Shown here: piece by piece, positions 55,120 to 64,000 of the stretch
Position numbering within the stretch: position 1 is the stretch's first letter
Layout: each line of letters starts with the position of its first letter
Notes under the pieces: model-generated
The model's database searches: none
Told to the model about the DNA's origin: nothing
What the model saw: the letters and a program-made list of their open reading frames with translations, nothing else
Program-made: the position numbers and the translations under genes
Assembly (NCBI GenBank): GCA_023213395.1
Contig: CM041465.1
Span: 88,109,741-88,173,740, forward strand
Direction: 5' to 3'
DNA from: Cycas panzhihuaensis
Taxonomy: Eukaryota; Plantae; Cycadophyta
Length of the DNA: 64,000 nucleotides

Positions 55120-56259
55120 AATCAATCCATGGCCTGTAAGAGAGTTAGAGGTATTGAATAGTTAGTTTTTTTCTATTAATTTTTATTCTTATTTTAAATT
55201 TTTGCTCAATCACTTCTGCTTTCTAGGGGTAGACAATGTTATAATCAATTAGCTACCCTAACACTACCACTATGTTATTTTTCTCTACATTTAGATAGAG
55301 ACCTTATATTAAGGACCTATAAATATCACGAAAATTTGTCATTTTGGACTAAGTGCATTATGGCTTTTCTATCCCTTATGTGAAGGATTGGAGATCACAC
55401 TCCTAAACTAAACCTTAAACAAAACTCAACTACAGAATTAAACCTCCATATATCTACAGGTATATAGGAGGGGCCCCTAGGTAGACTTTCCTAGTACATG
55501 TAAGCATAGAAAACTTGTTAGTCATTTATAATTTATAGTACACTAGTAAGTAATTAGTCCCAAGAAGTTACTCTCCATATACACTAGAGACATGGTAGTA
55601 TGATTGTAGAGTAGAGTATTAACCTCTATAAGTTGATATTATTTATGACTAAGATTAGTATATCAAAGGGACTACAAACTATAAAATCTCAGATCTAGTG
55701 TATTTAGTTAGTTTGTTAGTGACCTATGTGTACCTAGTTAGTCAGTCATCATTAATTTATAACATTTAGTATAGTTAGCCAATCTATCATCAGTTCATGT
55801 CTACATAATTAGCTAGTCAATTGTAAGCAAGTCAGTTAGTCAATTATAAGCAACAAAAAAAAAAGTCTTAAACTTTTCTAAAAAGGAGATATCTCACTAA
55901 CTGGAGATCAACTTCATTTCAAACTTTAGAGGACCATATAGAACATCATTCTACACAAAATCTCCCTTGAGGACTCCTGCCCAAATTCCATATTGAATTC
56001 TTAGAATTTTCTAAATTCTATTTTTTTCTTCTCTAAATCACAACTCATTACTAATAACTTGATTTCCCTCTAATATTTGGGAATAGAATCCTTTTATAAT
56101 TTGGGACCAAAAACTCTCTTAGTTAGATTGTCAATTTTTTGTGAAAGTGGGAGAATTTCACCTTGCAAGGGTTTAAACCCAACCAAAAGACCCATAAATC
56201 TATAAGAAGCTCATATGCCCCTTATTATATAACTACATTACCTTAACATCCCTTTACTT

Positions 56260-57846
56260 TTGAACTTACATTCTAATTCATATAAACCACTTATACCAAT
56301 TTCACTTGGAGGCACAAAGTATTTCATGACCTTCATTGACAACTTTACATTAGAGAAGCAACATAGGGAGAAATATGTTAAGTCCAAATATCAAGCTAAG
56401 GATAAATTAGAGTTAGTTCATTTTAATTCATGTGAACCACTTATACTAATTTCACTTGGAGGCACAAAGTATTTCATGACCTTCATTGATGACTTTACTG
56501 GGAGGATTTGGGTTTTTCTTTTGAAGAATATATTTGAAGCATTTATAATGTTTAGGGTTGAAGTTAAAAAATTCTCTAAAAAGAAGATCAAAATTCTAAG
56601 GAGTGATAATAAAGGTAAGTACTTGCCAACTAAACTCATGACTTTTTATAAAGATCATGGTACTCGACAATAATTGACTAGATCTTATACAACATAGTAG
56701 AATAATGTATATGAAAGAAGGAATCACTCTATTGTTAAGATGGTTAGATGCATGTTTAAAGCTAAAAATATCTCAAATGGTTTTTGGGGTGAAGCTCTAA
56801 GTATAATTATGTATTAAACGTGAGTCTAATTATAATTATTCAAAAAATCACTCTTGAAGAACTTTGGACAGATAAAAAACCCTTTAATTTGTAATGTTTA
56901 AGTGCTTAGATGTATTACTTTAATACATATACTTGATGTAAAGAGACAAAAGCTTAATGATAAAAGTTGTAAGTGTATTCTTATCGAGTATAGTGAGTCA
57001 TCCAAAGCTTATAGGCTTAGGAATCCTTTAGAGAGGAAGATTATAATAAACATAGATGCTTTCTTTGATGAGTCTAATGAGGGAATTATTCTTATTACAA
57101 ATGTTGATGCTAAAGAAGTGAATAATGAAACTCATGAAAAGAGGGAAGAGAGTAAGGAAATTCCTATAAATATTCCATCTTCTTATTCTCCTCTTAAAAA
57201 ATTAAGTAAATAGTATACTCAAACTATCAATTATTCTAAGGGTAGAGACATCAATATTAATGTAAATGTTTAGACATGGAGTGAATTTAATTATGCCTTG
57301 ATGTCAAATGTCTTAAATATTGATGACCCTGAGTCATTTGTTAAAGTTAAAGATGTTTCTCATTAGCAATCAACCATGCAGGAGGAGTATAGCTCCACTC
57401 TTAAAAATGATATATGGAATCTTATCGAGCTTCCTCTAGATAAGAAAGATATTGGTTGTAGATGAGTATACAAAGTGAAGTATTGATCTAATGGTGCTAT
57501 TGATAGACATAAGGATCAACTTATAAGTAAGAGATATGTATAAATTAAAGATTTTATATAAGTTAGTAAGAAGCATCTTATGTGTGAATTAAAGAAAGCC
57601 GTACATAGGCTTAAACAAGCACCAAAGGGCATGGTATTTGCGTATTGATAATTACTTATTTTCTTTGGGTTCATAAGATATAAATTAAATCATTTTTTTT
57701 AGAGTAGGTGTAGTGTAGAGCAATTGAGTCGGTCTATTATCTAACAAAGGATCAACTTACTAACATTCTTATTGAGTCATGAGAAGTTCAAGAGGCTTAG
57801 AAAGCTTTGATTTATGAGAGATAATAAATTACACATTACAAGGGGT
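56260..57846 (+). pseudogene. Heavily deleted Copia pol fragment (INT, start of RT, end of RH, PPT)
   Basis: KYFMTFIDDFTGRIWVFLLK; IKILRSDNKGKY; KRQKLNDKSCKCI; KNDIWNL; EKFKRLR then acaagggg; LTR-like TGTTAAG from 57847. Confidence 0.88.
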
Positions 57847-59299
57847 TGTTAAGAATAATATCTAATTCTTTCTTATTCTTTTCTTTAAATTAACTAATGG
57901 GCCACATTAGGCAACTTCTCTTGAGAGTTATATTTTTATATTTATCTCTCGCATACAAGAGTATGCATAAGTTGTACCTTAATATTTCCTTGTTTTTACT
58001 TTATTCCTTTACTTGCACTCTCATTATTAATGACTAGTAATCTCACACTCATTAATAGATTCAATTTGATGATTCAATGAATTGATTGATTAATACAAGG
58101 AAAGTAGATAATAACTTACTATATTCATTTGTGATTTAATGCAAGATTATCTTTTGTATATTATTGTGCTATTGCGAACTTTACTTGCTCTTATATTACT
58201 TACTATTTTTCACTCGTATTTCCAATAATAAGTATAAGTAATAAAGACTAAGTAAGTAGGAAGAAAGCCAAGTAAATTAAGAATTATTCTTCAATGAAGA
58301 ATATAGATGTTAATATTTATAATTTGTTAACCTTTGTACAAAATAAGAAGCTTTATTTATATGAGAAAATGGTACAACACTTTATGATTGCCTCTATTAA
58401 TCCTTGTACTAATATCATTAACCCTAGCATTGATGTATTATTAATCATTGTATAGATTGTTAATCCTAATGCACTCTTAAATATAGTGCTAATTACACAT
58501 ATATGATTCCTGCTATTATAAACTAAACTCCATGTTAACCTATTCTAAGGACTAGTCTTACTTAGTTACAATCTTAAAAATGTGAGGCACACTACAAATA
58601 CACAACCATGGTAAATAACTATAATCCTCCTTTAATGTTAGTTTTTATGGTTAAATTTCATTTACTAATTTGATATAGTGAAATCTTCCATTATTTTTAA
58701 ATTTATATATTAGAAAAGTACTTGATTAAATATGAATGGGGAACTTTTGTGTGTGTGTGTATGCATGCAAAAACGAACATCATATTTTTCCACCCACTCT
58801 TGTGATAAAGGTCGATTTGATAATATGATATGATATAATATAATATAATAAAATATAATACTATTATATCTTTTCTTATTTTGTTATATCCCATTGCTTT
58901 ATATGATGGTATTGCATTACATTCTATAATACTAGTTATAATTATGTTAATGTAAATTAATACTTTCTTAATAATTATATATTTTTTTCATTCTTTTCAT
59001 AAAGCGTTCATGATCTAAAACCCCATTTTTTCACCATATTTCATATTAATATAGTAATGTATCATGACAATTATTTAAGGAAAATTCAAACCATATAGAT
59101 TAGAAAGAGAAAAACCACTTTTTGTATTTCAACTAATTTATGCACACAACATATTAGGGCCACCTAGGAATGGATTCATTCATGCTACATGCCACTTGGA
59201 ATCTTTCAAATTAGGTTGTTCAACAATCACCTCCTCCACCCTTTTTTTCAATATATATTTTTTAAAAACTCTAAGTTGATAAGTTCTATGAGTATACCC

Positions 59300-59600
59300 T
59301 TACCACATAAAGAATTCCTCGTTGTTGTGCTCTCGTGAATGTGTTGAACGTGGACCGGCACTTGGAGGCGAATGTGTGGAACACACGTTTGAAGTTATGA
59401 CAACGTGACACCTCATCCGAGGTGTCAAAATCGTCCCACTACAACACCCATAAACGTAGTTTTCACTTTTTGACACAGGCCAACGGTAAGATGCAGACGT
59501 CACATCCAGAAGGAAGGATTAGGGTTAGGGTTTCGGGTGCGTAGTAAAAGCCGAGGGTTTATATTCTGAGTTCGCGGGTGGTCTCTGCAGAAGAAGGGAT
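59300..59600 (+). promoter_or_regulatory. CpG-rich host promoter/TSS region with telo-box
   Basis: Abrupt return of CpG; TTAGGGTTT at 59525-59533; GTCCCAC (TCP-like) ~59433; CCAACGG (MSA-like) ~59480; GACGTCA ~59496. Confidence 0.65.
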
Positions 59601-60832
59601 GCTATGTGGGTCGCCGGGAAGGGTTGTAGAGGGCCTGCTGTCTGCAGGTGTGGGAGGAATGGAGAAGGCTTCGCCGCAGATGGATAGTCTTCACCATCGC
59701 CTTGGCGATGCATCCGTTTTCAATCTGCACACATCCGTTGGATAATTTCATGGCGGAGGGTTTCTGTGGATTTTGAGAAGGGATGTCCCTGTAGTCTGAG
59801 GGCATTCAGGTTTGGGCGGAAAGGGAAAGACTGCATTATTTACCTCGGTTATATCGTGAACTGAGGAAGGCTAGTCTTGCCTGCACCGCCTAAACCCGTT
59901 GCTTTCGCTACACATCCCTTTTTTTTCCACATTTGCGGCGCCGTTTTTCCCGACTGACGAGGTCTGAAGTATATGTCGTGTTTTATTGGCTCTCACTTTT
60001 CTAAATACACGGTAAACGTATTTGTTTGAAGTTTGTTACCTGTGAAGGTATAAGGGGTTCTTTGGATTTTCAGCTGATTTTGCTAGGACATCGTTTAGAT
60101 CTATAGATGATCTCGTTATTTATGATAGGCTTTTGTTAAAATTTTGTGTCATGTCTTTTGTGCGGTAAGTATGCATCGTTTCAGCATGGGTAGTGTGTTT
60201 GTTATTGCAGGTTTTAGCTTTTCCTATTTCCAGACGCTTATCTCTATTATTTAAGGAGATGGATTTTCTAAGCTATTATTATTGAGGGCTTAAGCTGTAG
60301 ACATTGTTTCACATCTTTTGCAAAACTTCTATCATTGTTTCTGGCCATTCGTTTTTTTAATGTGTATTCGCGGTTTTATCTGGAATAGCATGTGTCTGCT
60401 TGCATACCAAGGTTAAGTTTGCAAGTTAGTCTTGGGCATTTTAGATTAGGGTTCCAGCTGATCACAGGTAGTACGTGTACACAGCTTTTATGTGTCGAAT
60501 TGTATCGACACCTTCGATAGTATTGGGATATAATACTATATTGGAATTCAGGTCAAGTCTACCAGGCTAGCGTTGGATTTCTTTTTATAAGGGCAAGGTT
60601 TCAGTTTATCCCAGTAAGTAGATTGTGGCTTTCATGTATTCAGCTGCATCTGAAAATGCAGAAGTATTTACTGTGTATTATCATGTTTTAATTCTTTCAT
60701 TTCTTTGTGAATTTTATTTCTCCTATTTTTTTAATCTGGTCATTATTTTGTTGGCTACGTATTTACTTTTTAACTCTGATATTGTTTATATCGATTTCTC
60801 TCAGTCAATGAGAAATTCAATCGATTTAAGAG

Positions 60833-61259
60833 GGAATCAATTTGGCGGGTTGATGTTTGAAATATCGTTTGTATTTAATTATGGTTGGGTGTCTCTTTAC
60901 ATTCTGATTTCAGCAAATACTACTTTAATAGCTTTAATCAGAAGGTGCTAGGAAGGGATTGAGATTAGGGGATTCGTGTTTACTAATTCTGAACTTTTGA
61001 AGCAATCCATCATCTAGGACATACCAAAAATGCATCATGATTGGAATCATTTTGGCATTGATGGTGAAATATCTTTTGCATTTGATTATGATTGGGTGTG
61101 TGTTTCTGTACTTTCTGATTTAAGCAAATACTAAATTAGGAGCCTTAATCAGAAGGTGCTAACAAGGGATTGAGATCAGGGGATTGTGATTCACCGAGTC
61201 TGTGAAAGCAATCCAATAATTTTCACATGAGCACATACCTAAAAATGCATCATGGTTTG
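60833..61259. repeat. Diverged tandem duplication, unit ~210 bp
   Basis: 60833-61042 versus 61043-61259 share blocks such as ttaatcagaaggtgcta and aagggattgagat. Confidence 0.9.
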
Positions 61260-63065
61260 TTGCATATGATTTTTTCCGTTATGTGCATTTTGTATGGAAG
61301 AGTATTCCTCTTGGGAAATGTCTGTTGCATTCGCTTCTGTGATGGATAAATGTAACAAATTTTCTTATGACAGCTGCTCCAAGGCTAGAGAATTTTTATA
61401 TGGGTTTAAGCTTTTGTATCTCAAGGGAATGAGTCTTTGTTCTGTTGCGACGGCAAATGTTTGATTAGTGGGTCCATATATTCTGGTATTCTTTTCATTT
61501 TGTGTAGAGTGCATGGAAGGCTTTCGTACGCTGTACAGGTCTGAGTTGGACCATTGTGTACCTGTACAGCTGGGTCTCTTATTCTCTGGCATGAAAGTTG
61601 GTTGCCCATGGTTAACTATGGAAGTAGTTATTTCCTGGTATCAGGCCTACGGAAGCATGGTGATGTTCAAGAAAACAGAAGTCAAATCCTTATATTTAGA
61701 GACTCCCAGAGGGAGTTCATTTGTATCTGATTGATATATTTAGCCTGAAGAAAGCTAAATCAGAAAAAATGTAATTTGCAAGGGAAAAGGCAAGGAAAGC
61801 GAAGGCATAAATTTGAAGCTGTTAGCGGTTAGTTTCTGATGGATTGTGTAATTCAACATCTGTGCTAGATCTCTTAGAGACCCACCGAACAAGGTGGAAA
61901 AATGTAATTATAAAAGGTTTTTTTGAATAGTAATTGTGTTTTAGCTCTAAAAGTTTATATTAAACGTTCCATGGACCTTAATATTTATCGCTATGCCGGT
62001 TATTGTGAAGTTTTGAGTTTGAACTGTTTAGCCTCCTATTTTTTGATGTGCATGGTAACTGCAGAAGAATTGCTGAACTGCTTCACGTTGGTACGAGTTC
62101 AATGCATGTGTTGATATATTCATTTGAAGTTTTTGAGCGAATATTGTAACTGGATAAATCGATGCTTTAATTGTTAGTTTTGACTCACCAATTTTGTTCT
62201 TTACTTGAAATTTGGTATAATACATATATAGTTATGGACTTTTGAAGATACTCATCAATATTCTAAAAAAGCCCCAAACAAAATATATGACCCTCCTGAT
62301 CAAAACCGTTGAAACAAACTTAAACACGTAATTTCACCCTTGTAGTATAATATCATCAAATAGGTATTTTAGCAAATGGGAGGGTACGCAATGGCTGCTC
62401 CTTGTAGCATAACATCATTTAATAGGCATTTAAGCAAATGAAAGTGTAAACTATTTAAGCAAAAATAAAGTGTATGGTTATTGGATTACATATTGATAAA
62501 GATATATGGATGATTGAACTTTGAAGATGGCATGGGATCAACTTGTTTCTTGGCAGCAGATGTTGAAAGAGATGTTCTAGAGATTTTGTTATGGTCCCGT
62601 TATTGCAAAATGCTAATGCTTCATGATATGGGCCCGTTTTCCTTTCTACGTGAAAGGTGGGGTATGTCCTTTTTTCTTTGTTTTGATTGATGGATAGAAG
62701 TGATCACTATGTGAAACCTTTTATTTTTGCTTTTTTATTTTTCCTAATTTTCATTTCTCGAGTAAAATATGTAACCCACCATTTTCATCACTTTGTTTTT
62801 GGTATATGGTGGGCTCCTTGAGAGTATGCTTAACTTGAGGTTGGATTATATATAAACTAAACAAAATTTCCAACAACCTTGAAGATAGTATTTTTCGTTT
62901 TGAAGTTATTGTGCATAGTCACACTTTATGTTGGGAAGGGTGTTTTCAAATTAAGCATGGGAAAGTAGGTTAGGAGAAGGGTGATTATATGTAGTATTAT
63001 ATTTAATAATTTATTAGAATGTAGAAATTTTAAGAATTGCTTAGGACTTGTATCCTTTTAGACCA

Positions 63066-64000
63066 TTGGATCATTTTTTTGTTATTCTTTTTAGTTAGTT
63101 TGGTAATGCTTATTAAGTTATATCCTATTTAGGTGAATTTTACCTTTTAAAGGATGTGCTTGACTCATAAAGGAACAAATAATGGTATAAAAATTGATAA
63201 TAGAAATAGATGAGGCGTTTATTTTCTTGAGTCTTTATTTTCTCTAGTCCTTGTTACCATTGGACCATTTTCTTTGCTATTAGTTTTGTTTATGTTGGTG
63301 GTGATTATTGATTGGGGGGTATAGGCTAAAATCTTGCCTTGGCCAAGGCTCTAAGGTAAATTAAAATTTATAATAAATAAGAATGATAAGAGATGTAAGG
63401 GTCATCAAAATAAATACAAGTTGTGTGCTTGGATTTGACTTGAATATGGGTGACTTTTAATTCTTTGACGAGTTTGTCCTTAGGTTGATCTATCTTTTAA
63501 TCAAACAAAATAAACCCTTAGAAAATTCAAGGCGGGAACTTGGATCATTTTCTTTGGTATTCCTTTTAGTTAGTTTGGTAATGCTTATTGGGTTATACTA
63601 TTTAGGTGAATTTTACCTTCTAAAGGATGTGCATGAAAAATATTGCATTTTATCAAGAAATAAATAATAGCATAAAAATTGATAATAGAAATAGATGAGG
63701 TGTTTATTTTCTTTTGAGTCCTTGTTACCATTGGACCATTTTTCCTTTGGTATTAATTTTGTTTATGTTGATGGTGACTATTGATTGGGGGGTATAGGCT
63801 AAAATCTTACCTTGGCAAGGCTCTAAGGTGAATTAAAATTTATAATAAATAAGAATGATAAGAGATGTAAGGGTCATCAAAATAAATACGAGTTGTGCTT
63901 GTATTTGACTTGAATATGGGTGACATTTTTTTTTTTTTTTTGACAAGTTTGTTTTTTGGTTGATCTATCTTTTAATTAAATAAAATAAACCTTTAGAAAA
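63066..64000. repeat. Tandem duplication, period ~474 bp, running off the window
   Basis: 63066-63539 versus 63540-64000 are highly similar; each unit has an internal partial repeat of ccattgga(c/t)catttt. Confidence 0.93.

Larger units (their letters stand above)
59500..64000 (+). other. 5' region (leader exon(s) and long introns) of an unidentified host gene or lncRNA
   Basis: GC-rich first segment, candidate donor CAG|GTTTGG at ~59809, T/G-skewed intron-like sequence, candidate acceptors ttgcag (60210) and gtgtag (61507); no recognisable protein. Confidence 0.5.

Noticed and set aside
54821-58227. Single intact Copia bounded by paired LTRs
   Set aside because: The two LTR-like ends align poorly and the flanks (tacga/ataag) are not a TSD; treated as separate fragments
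59519-59537. Telomerase RNA template or interstitial telomere
   Set aside because: Only ~2 repeats, in a typical telo-box position; no Pol III-spaced USE/TATA placing it internally in a transcript
59954-59970. CTGACGA hammerhead ribozyme core
   Set aside because: No stem II followed by GAAA and no flanking helices
61468-61734. 88-aa ORF as the host CDS
   Set aside because: GTG start inside intron-like sequence and no recognisable domain
1-64000. Prokaryotic systems (CRISPR, operons, defence islands), tRNA, rRNA or C/D snoRNA genes
   Set aside because: No spaced repeat arrays, intact ORF clusters, tRNA or rRNA signatures seen, and no canonical C/D box pair in the promoter-proximal region; most ORF-track entries are antisense or off-frame shadows of decayed retroelements

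Overview
Eukaryotic plant DNA. A gymnosperm source is likely, but this is inferred only from the retrotransposon lineages present and from very old, heavily deaminated LTR pairs. Positions ~1-58.6 kb are a graveyard of nested, decayed LTR retrotransposons with no intact ORFs. In order they are: (A) a minus-strand non-chromoviral Ty3/Gypsy of the Athila/Tat group, with a ~3.1-kb LTR and an antisense accessory ORF; a probable solo LTR and an accessory-ORF remnant; (B) a minus-strand Copia, TSD GTCTT; (C) a plus-strand Tat element with an additional archaeal-type RNase H between protease and RT; (D) a Copia inserted in C's integrase, TSD TTAAA; (E) a chromovirus with a chromodomain; (F) a Copia inserted in E's integrase, TSD AATAA; then further Gypsy and Copia fragments. 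At ~59.3 kb the sequence abruptly becomes CpG-rich, with a telo-box promoter, short upstream ORFs and T-rich intron-like DNA on the + strand. This looks like the 5' end of a host gene or ncRNA whose main coding sequence I cannot identify. I found no convincing novel multi-gene system. The best leads are the accessory ORFs, the aRH domain order, non-canonical LTR ends, conserved leader hairpins and structured repeats near the promoter. Identity figures are by-eye estimates.
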